Positions 28,828 to 41,027 are shown, numbered from the stretch's first letter. The stretch: 64,000 nt of DNA from Candidatus Poribacteria bacterium (GCA_026004875.1 BPJZ01000008.1:49253-113252); one strand, 5' to 3'. The notes: generated from the sequence alone by a model not told the origin. Made by a program: numbers and translations.

Positions 28828-29385
28828 CTAGACGGTCATCAGCTCTTCTTCTTTTTCAGCGAGCAGTTGGTTGATCTCCTCGATATACCGGTCGGTCAAC
28901 TTTTGGATCTCTTCCTGTTCTCGGCGGCTGTCGTCCTCGGAGATCTCTCCGGCTCGTTCCGCCTTCCGGATGGAGTCGATCACGTCGCGGCGGATGTTTC
29001 GGATGGCGACGCGGCCATCTTCGGCGATCTTTTTGACCAACCGGGCCAGATCGCGGCGGCGCTCCTCGGACAGCTCCGGCAGGACGATCCGGATGATGTT
29101 CCCGTCGGTAGAGGGCACCAACCCCAACGGCGAGCGGGCGATCGCCTTCTCGACCTCTTTGACGATGTTCTTGTCCCAGGGCTGGACGACCAGCAGGCGC
29201 GGTTCTGGAGCGGTAATCGAGGCCAGCTGGTTTAACGGCGTTTTGGTTCCATAGTACTCCACCTGGATGCTTTCCAAAAGCGCCGGCGAAGCGCGTCCGG
29301 TGCGGACGGTGTTGAACTCGTGAAGGGTGGCCTCGACCGCCTTTTTCATCCGGCTTTCTGCGTCACGGACCCAGGGGGAGCGCAT
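28828..29385 (-). CDS. frr: Ribosome recycling factor
   Basis: 185 aa. VRTGRASPALLESIQVEYYG...LVPSTDGNIIRIVLPELSEERR. Confidence 0.95.
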   Translation of the reverse strand: MRSPWVRDAESRMKKAVEATLHEFNTVRTGRASPALLESIQVEYYGTKTPLNQLASITAPEPRLLVVQPWDKNIVKEVEKAIARSPLGLVPSTDGNIIRIVLPELSEERRRDLARLVKKIAEDGRVAIRNIRRDVIDSIRKAERAGEISEDDSRREQEEIQKLTDRYIEEINQLLAEKEEELMTV

Positions 29386-29403
29386 CGTCCTGTCCTTTCC
29401 GCG

Positions 29404-30051
29404 TTAGGATTGGTCCTCTTGGTTCGCTTCCGGCAGGTGCTCGGCAACGGTCGCCGTCTGTCCCAAGAAGAATCGGGCGAAGCGTCGGATGACGATCCGT
29501 TCGCCCAGCTTGGCGACGGCCTCGCGCAGGAGCGTCTCTACATTCTTGGAGTCGTCCCGGATGTACGGCTGCTGCAGGAGACAGCGCTCTTCGTAGAACT
29601 TGCGCAGCCGTCCCTCGACGATCTTTTCGACGATATTCGCCGGCTTTCCCTCCTTCTCCGCCTGAGCCCGGAGGATGCGGCGCTCCTCCTCCAACACCTC
29701 CTCGGGAACGTCCTCCGGGGCGATGTACTGGGGGTTGGTGGCCGCGATCTGCATGGCGATCTCGTGCACGAGCTGCTGGAATTCGTCGGTTCGGGCGACA
29801 AAGTCGGTCTCGCAGTTGACCTCCACCAGAACGCCGATCTTTCCACCCTGATGAATATAGGAGGCGACCAGGCCTTCAGAGGCCGCCCGGTGGGCCTTCT
29901 GCTCGTAAGTCTTTAAGCCGCGCTCGCGCAGGATCGCAACGGCCTTTTGGAGGTCTCCTCCGGCCTCTTCCAAAGCCCGTTTACAGTCCATCATCCCCGC
30001 GCCGGTCTTCTCGCGGAGCTCTTTGACCATCGCCGCGGTAATCTGTGCCAT
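29404..30051 (-). CDS. tsf: Elongation factor Ts (short form)
   Basis: ITAAMVKELREKTGAGMMDCKRALEEAGGD. 215 aa. Confidence 0.95.
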   Translation of the reverse strand: MAQITAAMVKELREKTGAGMMDCKRALEEAGGDLQKAVAILRERGLKTYEQKAHRAASEGLVASYIHQGGKIGVLVEVNCETDFVARTDEFQQLVHEIAMQIAATNPQYIAPEDVPEEVLEEERRILRAQAEKEGKPANIVEKIVEGRLRKFYEERCLLQQPYIRDDSKNVETLLREAVAKLGERIVIRRFARFFLGQTATVAEHLPEANQEDQS

Positions 30052-30125
30052 TGTCTGCCGTCCTCCCTCTCTCCGGGCAGAAGCTGGAGCTCTTGCCCGA
30101 CCTCTTTGGGTCTAAGCGTGTTTGG

Positions 30126-30965
30126 TTATTCGTCTTCTTCGTCGTCTGAGATGTCGGCCTCTTCTTCGTCGTCAAAAAGGGAGTAGCCCTCCTCGTCGAA
30201 CGCTTCCTCTTCGCTTTCGACGGGGGCCTCATCGGTGGGCGCGGCGGCGAACTCCTCCTCGACCAGCGCCCCTTCGGAGCGGGCCGCGCGACCCTCCAAA
30301 ATCGCGTCGGCGAAGGCGGAGACCAACAGTTGAATCGAGCGGATCGCGTCGTCGTTGGCGGGAATCGGATAGTCGATCGGGTCCGGATCGCAGTTGGTGT
30401 CTACCAGCGCCACGATGGGAATCTTCAGCTTGTTCGCCTCGGCCACCGCGATCCGTTCCTCGATCACGTCCACAATGATCACCGCTTGTGGGAGACGCCC
30501 CATCTTCCGGATGCCCTCCAGGTTACGGAGGAGCTTCTCATGTTCCCGTTGGAGCCGAAGGACCTCCTTCTTCGGCAACTCTTCGGTGATCTTGGGGTCT
30601 TCCAGGCGCTTCTCCACTTCATCCAGTCGAGCGATGCTCCGCTGGATGGTCTGGAAGTTGGTCAACATACCGCCCAGCCAGCGGTTGGTGACATAAAACT
30701 GTCCGCAACGGATCGCTTCGCTCTGAACGATCGGCTGAGCTTGGGGCTTTGTCCCCACAAAGAGGAACCGCCCCCCGGCCTGGGCGGTGTCGCGGAGGAA
30801 GTCACACGCCTCTCGGGCCATTCGCAACGTCTGCTGTAGATCGATGATGTGGATCCCTTGACGCACGCCGTAGATGTACGGCGCCATCTTGGGGTTCCAT
30901 CGCTGCTTGCGGTGACCAAAGTGTACGCCCGCTTCTAGCAGGGCTCGCATTGTCAATTGAGGCAC
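30126..30965 (-). CDS. rpsB: 30S ribosomal protein S2 with an acidic C-terminal tail
   Basis: [25 protein letters not shown], followed by a highly acidic tail. GTG start after AAAGGAG. Confidence 0.95.
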   Translation of the reverse strand: MPQLTMRALLEAGVHFGHRKQRWNPKMAPYIYGVRQGIHIIDLQQTLRMAREACDFLRDTAQAGGRFLFVGTKPQAQPIVQSEAIRCGQFYVTNRWLGGMLTNFQTIQRSIARLDEVEKRLEDPKITEELPKKEVLRLQREHEKLLRNLEGIRKMGRLPQAVIIVDVIEERIAVAEANKLKIPIVALVDTNCDPDPIDYPIPANDDAIRSIQLLVSAFADAILEGRAARSEGALVEEEFAAAPTDEAPVESEEEAFDEEGYSLFDDEEEADISDDEEDE

Positions 30966-31290
30966 CGTTGCCGCTCCTTTGTTCTGGACTGGGGTTCCAA
31001 CGTCCGCCTGGCGACTTCGGCTCCCTCAACCGTGCGCCTTTGGCGCCGGCACCCCCGGAAGCCCGCACAGGCGTGATGATTCCCTCGTCTCCGAGGCTTC
31101 AAAACCGTACCACATCCTCCCTTGCAAAAACAAGACCGGCGGCCCCTCGGCCCTGGCCGGAACGGTGCGGTCCCGTTGGCCTTCCCCGCTAACGGTTGAC
31201 TGCGCCGGGGCCTCGTGGCATCGTAAGAGTGCGCCGCTTGGGGAGCCGAGGACGCCTGCGCCTTAACAGCGACTAGTCAAGGACAAAGCG

Positions 31291-33803
<2,513 letters not shown>

Positions 33804-33835
33804 TGGGGAGGACCGCCCTCAGAGGATCGCCCTCA

Positions 33836-33874
33836 AAGAAAAAAAGGGTGATCGCACCAAAACGACGATCACCC
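33836..33874 (-). terminator. Rho-independent terminator (minus strand)
   Basis: On the minus strand: GGGTGATCG, an 11-nt loop, CGATCACCC, then TTTTTCTTT. Confidence 0.8.
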
Positions 33875-34053
33875 GTTCACGGCTAAGAAGAAAACAGGCC
33901 CGGAGAAGAAGCGCATGCATGGGGTGTATGCAGGCAAACCACACCTTTACATGCGGGGCTCAGCAACGTGAGCTGCTGAGCGGCGGAGGCCTGCAGCCGG
34001 CTTCTCTGGTGTGAACTTCACCTCCCTGAAGAAGCTCACGGCTGCACCCTCGC
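33836..34053 (-). ncRNA. Candidate small RNA of about 215 nt, family not recognised
   Basis: Bounded by a near-consensus promoter (34060-34087) and an intrinsic terminator. No credible ORF. Several internal stems (TGCAGCCG/CGGCTGCA, CTCAGCA/TGCTGAG, CGCATG/CATGCG with GGTGT/ACACC). Confidence 0.55.
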
Positions 34054-34059
34054 ACCTCT

Positions 34060-34087
34060 ATTGTAACACACTTTTAACCGTTGTCAA
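34060..34087 (-). promoter_or_regulatory. Near-consensus sigma-70 promoter (minus strand) with extended -10
   Basis: Minus strand reads TTGACA (34087-34082), 16-nt spacer ending TGT, then TACAAT (34065-34060). It lies 52 nt downstream of the GH127 stop codon. Confidence 0.7.
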
Positions 34088-34138
34088 GCAAATTTTTCAC
34101 GAATGCGTGGGAAATCCCGCTAGGCCTATTCCCCGGGC

Positions 34139-36022
34139 CTATTCCGCTGGCGTTCGACGGATCCAGACGGTCATCGGCGACGGCTCCCGATTCGCCCAGG
34201 CATAATAAGGGATCGCCCGAACCACCACCGGACGACGGAAGGAGTCGTCCTCAAAGGCATCTCGGTAGAGCTCGGCGTTCCAGGACTCTAGCTCGGTCGC
34301 CGAGCCGGGGAGGGTGATCACCGCGACTCCGTTCAAGAGGTCCCGCTCCAGCCGAACGTTGGGGGATCGGACCGGATGGATCTCCGTACACCAGGGGTCC
34401 TCCACTTGATCGTGTCCTTCTAGACAGTAGACGAGCGGTCCGCGCCTGATCGCTACCTTTCCCCCGTCCGCTTCGACAAGTGGATGAGCGACGAAGTATC
34501 GAACGGGCATCTCAAGGCGCAGCTCCAGGCGGTCCCCCGGTTGCCAGAGGCGATTAAGCGTGAGGTATTGGCCGGAGGAGGCCCGTCCCCCGACCGGCTC
34601 GTCGTTCAGCAGCAGCGTCGCGGCGGGACACCACTCCGGAACACGAAGCCGAATTGCTGCTGTCGTCGGGCTTTCCGGATCCACCCGGAGGACCACTCGC
34701 CCGTCCCAGGGGTAGTCGGTCTCCTGGCGAACGGCGAAGGAGCTCCCGCCGACCGAGAGAGTTGCTTGGCTGCTTGCGTAGAGGTGTACCCAGAAGCCTT
34801 CTGCGTCGGTGGAATAGACCATCCCCGGCAGTTGTCCCAAAAGTCGGGCGATGTTGGGGGGGCAACAGGCGCAGGTGAACCATCGCTGTCGGCGATGCCG
34901 CTCCCGCGCGGCCAGTGGGTTAACGTAGAAGTACTGTTTTCCGTCTAGGGAGATGCCGGACAGGGCGCCGTTATAGGCCGCCAGCTCGATCAGCTCGGCA
35001 AACCGGGACTCCGGCTTGGCCTGGAGCATGCGCCAGTTCCAAAAGATGTTGGCGATGGCCGCACAGGTCTCTGCGTAGGCGGTGGCGTTGGGAAGTTCGT
35101 AGTCGGCGCCGAAGGCCTCGCCCGCGTAGCGGGCCCCGACGCCACCGGTAATGTACATTCGCCGCTGAACCATATTGGCCCACATCTGCTCTAGAGGAGC
35201 CATCAAGGTCTCGTCGCCCGTCTCAAGGTATAGGTCGGTGGCTCCGGCGTTCAGATAGAGCGCCCGAACGGCGTGGCCGACCACCTCGCGCAGCTCCCGA
35301 AAGGGTCGGTGGTCCTGATGGTACTCGTGTCCGCCGATCGTCCGATGCCCCCGCCGATCGATGAAAAACTGGGCTAGCCGTAGGTATCGCTCTTCGCCGG
35401 TCTCTCGGTAGAGCTCGACCAGAGCCATCTCAATCTCAGGGTGTCCAGGAACGCCGTCCTTCTTCCCCGGCCCAAAGAGGGAGACGATCAGGTCGGCAAA
35501 GCGGACCGCGACCTCCAGGAGCTGGCTTCGGCCGGTCGCCCGATGGTAGGCGACCGCCGCCTGAAACAGATGACCCGCACAGTACAGCTCGTGCATGTCG
35601 CGAAGGTTGGACCAACGTTCCTTGGCTCGCTCAAAGGTGAAATAGGTGTTCAGGTAGCCGTCCTCCTCCTGGGCGTCGGCGATCTCAGCGATCACCCGTT
35701 CGGCCAGCTCCTCGATCTGCGGGTCCGGCCTCTGGGCCAGCGCATAGGCACAGGCCTCCAGCCACTTGTAGACGTCCGAGTCGTTGAAATAGAGCCCTTG
35801 GAAGTCGCCGGAGATCTTTCCTGCCGCCCGACGGAAGTTGTTGATCCGTCCGGTCTCCTCGAGGAGCTCGTACTGGGAGGGAAGCGTGACTTCCCGCAGG
35901 GTCTTCATCCGAGGGGCCCAGAAGTTGTCTTCCAGTTGAACCGCTTCGATGGGAACTGGCCGAAGGGCTGCGTGAGGACTTCGACTGGTCTCTACGATCA
36001 CGGTTCGCAATGTGTTCATCAC
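34139..36022 (-). CDS. Glycoside hydrolase family 127 (beta-L-arabinofuranosidase, DUF1680)
   Basis: 627 aa. N-terminal LEDNFWAPR...NFRRAAG...FNDSDVYKWLEA and the Cys-rich CACCPPN motif, typical of the HypBA1 family. Confidence 0.85.
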   Translation of the reverse strand: MMNTLRTVIVETSRSPHAALRPVPIEAVQLEDNFWAPRMKTLREVTLPSQYELLEETGRINNFRRAAGKISGDFQGLYFNDSDVYKWLEACAYALAQRPDPQIEELAERVIAEIADAQEEDGYLNTYFTFERAKERWSNLRDMHELYCAGHLFQAAVAYHRATGRSQLLEVAVRFADLIVSLFGPGKKDGVPGHPEIEMALVELYRETGEERYLRLAQFFIDRRGHRTIGGHEYHQDHRPFRELREVVGHAVRALYLNAGATDLYLETGDETLMAPLEQMWANMVQRRMYITGGVGARYAGEAFGADYELPNATAYAETCAAIANIFWNWRMLQAKPESRFAELIELAAYNGALSGISLDGKQYFYVNPLAARERHRRQRWFTCACCPPNIARLLGQLPGMVYSTDAEGFWVHLYASSQATLSVGGSSFAVRQETDYPWDGRVVLRVDPESPTTAAIRLRVPEWCPAATLLLNDEPVGGRASSGQYLTLNRLWQPGDRLELRLEMPVRYFVAHPLVEADGGKVAIRRGPLVYCLEGHDQVEDPWCTEIHPVRSPNVRLERDLLNGVAVITLPGSATELESWNAELYRDAFEDDSFRRPVVVRAIPYYAWANREPSPMTVWIRRTPAE

Positions 36023-36154
36023 CGGGCTCCTTGAGAGTTAGGAGGGTTTGCCTTTTGGAGTATAGGCGCACGGACGGGATCTGTAAACGCTTGACGATTC
36101 CCCGCTGGAGTCGTATTCTGCCTGTGAAGGCGAACAGGGATGGAGTGAGGGGAC

Positions 36155-37123
36155 TTGAAAGGCACGTTGAGCCAGGAACGGATAGCCCGAGTGGCGCTGG
36201 CGACGGTGTACGGCGTGAACCGTCGGCGGTGGGAGGCGCTGCTTGCTGCTTTCAGAACGGCGGAGGAGGTCTTCGCCGCGCCGATCACAGCGCTGGCAGC
36301 GGTCTCGGACGTGCGGATCAGCCTGGCGGAGCGAATCCTCGCCCAGCGGAGCCGCTGGGAGGAGATCCAAGAGCGGGCCGAACGCCTGGCTGCGCGGGGG
36401 GTCCTCTTCCACTTCCCAGACGAGGAGACCTATCCGGAGCGGTTGCGCGCCGTCAGCGATGCTCCGCCGCTCCTTTTGACGCTGGGCGACTTCAGCGTCT
36501 GGAACGGGCCGTGTGTGGCGGTGGTCGGTTGCCGGGAGCCGTCAGAGTGGGGCCGGCGGGGAGCCGACTGGGTCGCCCGGGAGGCCGCAGAATTAGGTTG
36601 GTGTGTGGTCAGCGGCCTGGCCCGGGGGGTGGATCAGATCGCCCACAGAGAGGCCCTCGAGGCGTTCCATCCCGACGGCAGCACGCTGGCCGTGCTTCCA
36701 ACGCCGCCGGACAACGTCTACCCTCCGGGGAGCCGCTCCCTCGCGCGCCGGATCGTCCAGCGCGGCTGTTTGGTCTCCGAGCAGTTTGCTGGCCCCGTTC
36801 GACCGGAGCGGCTGGTCCAGCGAAACCGGATCATCAGCGGTCTTTCACTGGGCGTGATCGTCGTAGAGGCCGAACGGGGCGAAGGATCGCTCCATACGGC
36901 GCGTTACGCAGTTCACCAGCGGCGCCCCGTCGCCGTCTGGGGGGAGTTCCCCCAGGACGGCTGGCCGGAGGGAAATCGCCTCCTGGCGCACCATGGGGCG
37001 ACCGTCATCACCCGGGAGAACTGGAGGGAGTGGCTCGCCCTGCTTCAAGAGGAAGGGGCCGACTACCGACCTCCGGGGCTGCTCTTTCATCTGGAAGAGG
37101 TGCTCCCGACGTTGTCTGGCTGA
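36155..37123 (+). CDS. dprA: DNA-processing protein DprA (Smf)
   Basis: VAVVGCREPSEWG...VVSGLARGVDQIAHREAL...RNRIISGLS is the DprA Rossmann core. TTG start at 36155. Confidence 0.85.
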   Translation: MKGTLSQERIARVALATVYGVNRRRWEALLAAFRTAEEVFAAPITALAAVSDVRISLAERILAQRSRWEEIQERAERLAARGVLFHFPDEETYPERLRAVSDAPPLLLTLGDFSVWNGPCVAVVGCREPSEWGRRGADWVAREAAELGWCVVSGLARGVDQIAHREALEAFHPDGSTLAVLPTPPDNVYPPGSRSLARRIVQRGCLVSEQFAGPVRPERLVQRNRIISGLSLGVIVVEAERGEGSLHTARYAVHQRRPVAVWGEFPQDGWPEGNRLLAHHGATVITRENWREWLALLQEEGADYRPPGLLFHLEEVLPTLSG

Positions 37124-37174
37124 GGGAATTGTGTCAAAATTGTTGGCGCTGGCTGAAAGTTGGCGGCTTTTTCC

Positions 37175-37203
37175 TTTACACGGGGGTCTGAAGCTGCTAA
37201 ACT
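37175..37203 (+). promoter_or_regulatory. Possible promoter in the dprA-lipoprotein spacer
   Basis: TTTACA (37175-37180), 17-nt spacer, TAAACT (37198-37203). It precedes a structured region of about 220 nt. Confidence 0.35.
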
Positions 37204-37431
37204 ACCGTAGAGAATCGGCCAGTGTTGCGGAGTTCGGAACGGCGATGCACTTCTGCTTCTATCTCTGCGAGATCGCGAGACCGCTCCGCAACGAGAAACG
37301 TCGAGTCCGGTGATTAGGTGGTCGCTGGACCGAAAGCTCGGAACCGGCGATCACGACGAGGTCCAGGGGGACATCCGGAGTTTCGCGGCTGTGGGAGCCC
37401 CTAGCAGTTCCCTCCGCGAAGCAAAAAACGC

Positions 37432-37459
37432 TTGCAATTTGCAGAGGCGTTGGTACACT
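37432..37459 (+). promoter_or_regulatory. Promoter of the Ig-like lipoprotein gene
   Basis: TTGCAA (37432-37437), 16-nt spacer ending TGG, then TACACT (37454-37459). The leader contains the hairpin GCCCTCGCC/GGCGAGGG. Confidence 0.55.
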
Positions 37460-37532
37460 GTCAGTCGTTCGCCCTCGCCCGGTTCGGCGAGGGTGAAGGG
37501 AAGTTCCAACCAAAGAGGAGTCGAGGACCATC

Positions 37533-38181
37533 ATGAACAAGCCATTCCGATATCTGGCCTGGCTGTTGGTGCCCGCGCTGGCACTGACTCTGACGACGCT
37601 GCTCACCGCCTGCGGTGGTGAAGAAGAAGGGGAGGAGACGGCAGCACAGCTGGTCTCCGCCGATCCTGCGGACGGGTCCGAAATCCCTGAAGGGGCAACC
37701 GTGACGTTGACCTTCGACAAGGACCCTGGAACCTTGACCGCCACCGGTGCTGAGGTGACCGGCGGCGCTGGCACCCGCCGGACGATTAAGGTGACGGCAG
37801 AGACGGTAACCCTGACCTGGGACAACGGCGGCACCGCGACGCTGACCTACACCCTGCTGCCGCCCGACACGACGCCGCCCGCGCTGGTCAGCTCGACGCC
37901 CGCCGACGGCGCGACCGACCTGGAGGGGAGGGCCGGCGGACGTTACTGAGGTCGTCCTCGAGTTCGACGAGCCGATCGCCAAGGCGAACGTCCAGCTCTC
38001 CGAGGGCGGAACTAACCTCGGATGGCTCGCCAAGATTGATGGCAACAAGGTGATCCTCCAGGTCAAGCCCGGCGCCGAGCTGGTCAACGAAAAGACCTAT
38101 GAGGTCACCGGCGAGGTGGAGGACGCTTCGGGGAACAAGACCCAGGTGAGCATCAGCTTCACCACCAAGGCGAAGCAGTAA
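37533..38181 (+). CDS. Lipoprotein with bacterial Ig-like (SbsA/Big_5-like) repeats, one frameshift
   Basis: Lipobox LLTACGG. Repeats of the type SxxPADGATD...V.L.F. The frame changes near 37921-37935 (G-rich run) and resumes as GPADVTEVVLEFDEPIAKANV until TAA at 38179-38181. Confidence 0.7.
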
Positions 38182-38212
38182 ATCACCTCGTCAATCGACC
38201 GATTTGTGAGGG

Positions 38213-38253
38213 CGTTGGGCGAGCTCTTAGGGCTTGCCCAACGTTCTTTTTTC
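38213..38253 (+). terminator. Rho-independent terminator
   Basis: CGTTGGGC (38213-38220) pairs with GCCCAACG (38236-38243), followed by TTCTTTTTT. Confidence 0.75.
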
Positions 38254-38327
38254 AGAAGGAAGTACGCTATACTTCTCCCCGTAAGTCGGCCTCGACCTTG
38301 GTCTGATCTCCAACCGGTGAGGCGCTG

Positions 38328-39988
38328 ATGATGAGTGTTCACGATACGGTTCCTCAGGACGAGCGGATCGTCCCTCGGACGCGACGGCACATCGAAATCT
38401 ACGATACCACCCTTCGAGATGGGAGCCAGGCCGAAGGGGTTGCCTTTTCGGTAGAGGCCAAGTTGCGCCTCCTTCAGGAGTTTGACGCTATCGGGATTGA
38501 TTTTGTCGAGGGCGGGTGGCCGTTCTCCAACCCCCGCGATCAGGAGTTCTATCGTCGGGCCGCGCTTCTTCCGCTCAAGCATGCACGACTGGTGCCGTTT
38601 GGCAGCACCCGGCGGAAGGAGTTCCCGCCGGAGGAGGACCCGAACCTCCACTCTCTGGTGGAGACCAAATGCCAGGCGGCGACTATCTTCGGCAAAAAGC
38701 TGGGACCTCCACGCGACGGATATCCTTAACGTCTCCCTGGACACGAACCTAGAGCTGATCGAAAGCTCCGTTCGGTTCCTCAGGCGCCAGGGCATGGAGG
38801 TGATCTACGACGCGGAGCACTTCTTTGACGGCTACAAAGCCAATCCCGCATACGCTCTGAAGACGCTCCAAGCCGCCCTGGAAGGGGGAGCAAGTCGGTT
38901 GGTGCTCTGCGACACCAACGGCGGCACTCTCCCCAGCGAGCTGGTCGCGATCGTTGACGAGGTGCACCGGGAGTTCCCCGAGGTGCCGTTGGGCATTCAC
39001 GCGCATAACGACTCTGGCGTTGCAGTTGCTAACTCGATCCTGGCGGTCGAGCACGGTGTCACTCACGTGCAGGGCACCTTCAATGGATATGGGGAACGGT
39101 GCGGGAACGCGAACCTTTGCGCGATTATCCCCAACCTGGAGCTGAAGATGGGCTATCAGTGCCTCCTTCCCGGCGCGCTGACTCGGCTGACGACGCTCTC
39201 TCGTCTGGTCGCAGAACTGGCCAACCAGGCGCCGGACGAGCGACAACCCTACGTGGGGCGGTCGGCCTTCGCCCATAAGGGGGGGCGTGCACATTGACGC
39301 GGCTCGGAAGAACCGCATCTCTTACGAACATATCCCCCCGGAGGCGGTGGGGAATCAAACCCGGATTCTCATCTCCGACCAAGCGGGCAAAAGCGCTATC
39401 GTCGAGAAGCTGGAACGAGAGTACCCCAACCTGGACAAACGCTCACCAGAGACCCAAAGGGTCTTTGAGCAGCTGAAGCAGGCCGAACGAGAGGGCTACC
39501 AGTTCGAAGGGGCGGAGGCCTCCTTCTTCCTGCTGGCCCAAAAGGCGCTGGGCACCTATCAGCCTACCTTTCACCTGCACGGCTTTCGGATCATCATCGA
39601 GAAGTTCGAGCAACACGGCATGCGGGCCGAAGCGACGATCAAAGTGCGCGAGCCCAACGGCCTTGAGGAGCACACCGCCGCTGAAGGCGACGGGCCGGTC
39701 AACGCCCTGGACAACGCCCTCCGAAAGGCGTTGGAGCGGTTCTACCCCTTCCTCCAGGAGGTGAAGTTGACCGATTACACCGTCCGGGTTCTCGACTCGA
39801 AGGCCTCTACGGCGGCGCGGGTGCGGGTGCTGATCGAGTCCACCGACGGCGACGAGACGTGGGGGACCGTGGGCGTCTCGGAGAACATTATCGAGGCCTC
39901 CTGGATGGCCTTAGTGGATAGCTTCGAGTACAAAATCCTCAAAGAGCAACGAAAGCACCGGACAAACGCTACCCGTCCGGAGCTTTAA
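38328..39988 (+). CDS. cimA: (R)-citramalate synthase (CimA; 2-isopropylmalate synthase family), two frameshifts
   Basis: [16 protein letters not shown], then [35 protein letters not shown], and a C-terminal LeuA-dimer-like domain. The frame breaks at an A5 run (38694-38698) and a G7 run (39279-39285). Confidence 0.85.
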
Positions 39989-40064
39989 GCGTCTTGGTCT
40001 CTAGTTGTCCGTCGTTCTGAGTCGGAAAACCCTTCGTTTTGATCCCTGTGCGGGGGCCGCTTCT

Positions 40065-41027
40065 GTGAGCGTTCTGGATCGGCTGCCGGATCGGCGGCTT
40101 TGTCTGATCGTCAACCCGACCGCCGGCAAAGGCTCGGCAAAACACCGACTCGCCCGGCTTCAGGAACGGCTGAACGCTGCTGGATTTCTCGTCGACGTCT
40201 GGGAGACCAAACGACGCGGCCATGCGACTGAGCTGGCCCAACGGGCCGTTGAGGCGGGATTCCCTTTAGTCGCCGTCCTGGGCGGCGACGGGACCGTTCG
40301 GGAGGTCGCCTCAGCGCTTGTCCACACCCCGACGGTGTTAGCGATCCTGCCTTTTGGGTCGGGAAACGACCTGGCCCGTTCCCTTCACATCCCCCGGACG
40401 ATCCCCGGGGCCTCTCGGCTGTTGTGGCAGCGGAGCAAGGTCGTGACGATTGATGTGGGGATCGAAACGGAGGGGGCGTTTTACTTCACACTCCACAGCG
40501 CTTTGGGCTTTGCTGCCGACGTGAGTCATCACGCGGCCCAGTTCCGAGTCTTTCAAGGCTCGGCGGCTTATTTTATGGGGGTCTTCAAGGCGTTGTGGAA
40601 GATGCGACCGATTCCGTTGCAAATCCGGCTTGACGAGGAGGTTCTCCGGCGGGAAGCCCTTTTTGCGATGGTCCTCAACTCTCCTTACTGCGGCGGCGGC
40701 CAATGGATGGCCCCTCAGGCCAACCCGCACGACGGAACGCTCAATCTGGTCCTTGTGGACCCCGTCTCCCGCCTAGAGCTGGTCAAGACCTTTCCGAGGG
40801 TCTATTCCGGCCGCCATGTGGAGCATCCGGCGTTCCACTTGTACCAGGCGCGTGAAGTGGTGGTCGAACCGGAAGGATCGGCGCGGCGAATTGTGGACGG
40901 GGATGAGATCCCGCCAGGACCGATCCGCGCCCGCGTTTTGCCGGGGGCGCTGCGCGTCTTGGTGCCGGAGGACTATTCGCTCTCCTCTTTGGACCCCTCC
41001 GATTCGGAAGGACCAGAGATGCCGTAG
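40065..41027 (+). CDS. Diacylglycerol/lipid kinase family protein (YegS/BmrU-like)
   Basis: LCLIVNPTAGKG...VAVLGGDGTVREVASAL...PFGSGNDLARSL. Start uncertain (GTG at 40065 or TTG at 40005). Confidence 0.8.
   Translation: MSVLDRLPDRRLCLIVNPTAGKGSAKHRLARLQERLNAAGFLVDVWETKRRGHATELAQRAVEAGFPLVAVLGGDGTVREVASALVHTPTVLAILPFGSGNDLARSLHIPRTIPGASRLLWQRSKVVTIDVGIETEGAFYFTLHSALGFAADVSHHAAQFRVFQGSAAYFMGVFKALWKMRPIPLQIRLDEEVLRREALFAMVLNSPYCGGGQWMAPQANPHDGTLNLVLVDPVSRLELVKTFPRVYSGRHVEHPAFHLYQAREVVVEPEGSARRIVDGDEIPPGPIRARVLPGALRVLVPEDYSLSSLDPSDSEGPEMP

Noticed and set aside
33836-34053. Assigning the candidate sRNA to SRP RNA or 6S RNA
   Set aside because: It lacks the SRP domain IV core (GGAAGCAGCC-type motif with a GNRA loop). 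I cannot demonstrate the 6S closing stem and central bubble by eye, so the family is left unassigned.
34011-34205. 64-aa plus-strand ORF spanning the sRNA promoter and the GH127 3' end
   Set aside because: No RBS. It overlaps the end of a well-supported gene and a strong antisense promoter, so it is most likely spurious.
36010-37191. 393-aa ORF overlapping dprA in another frame
   Set aside because: Gly/Arg/Pro-rich. The 36155..37123 frame contains the DprA Rossmann motifs, so this alternative frame is spurious.
37245-37313. 22-codon ORF (MHFCFYLCEIARPLRNEKRRVR) inside the structured dprA-lipoprotein spacer
   Set aside because: Weak or no Shine-Dalgarno sequence, no recognisable leader-peptide logic, and it sits inside a long hairpin. 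I treat it as a chance ORF unless ribosome profiling says otherwise.
37432-37459. Identical TTGCAA / TACACT hexamers at the promoters of two secreted-protein genes (37432 and 62060) as evidence of a shared regulon
   Set aside because: Both are simply near-consensus sigma-70 hexamers. Two occurrences are insufficient to infer co-regulation.
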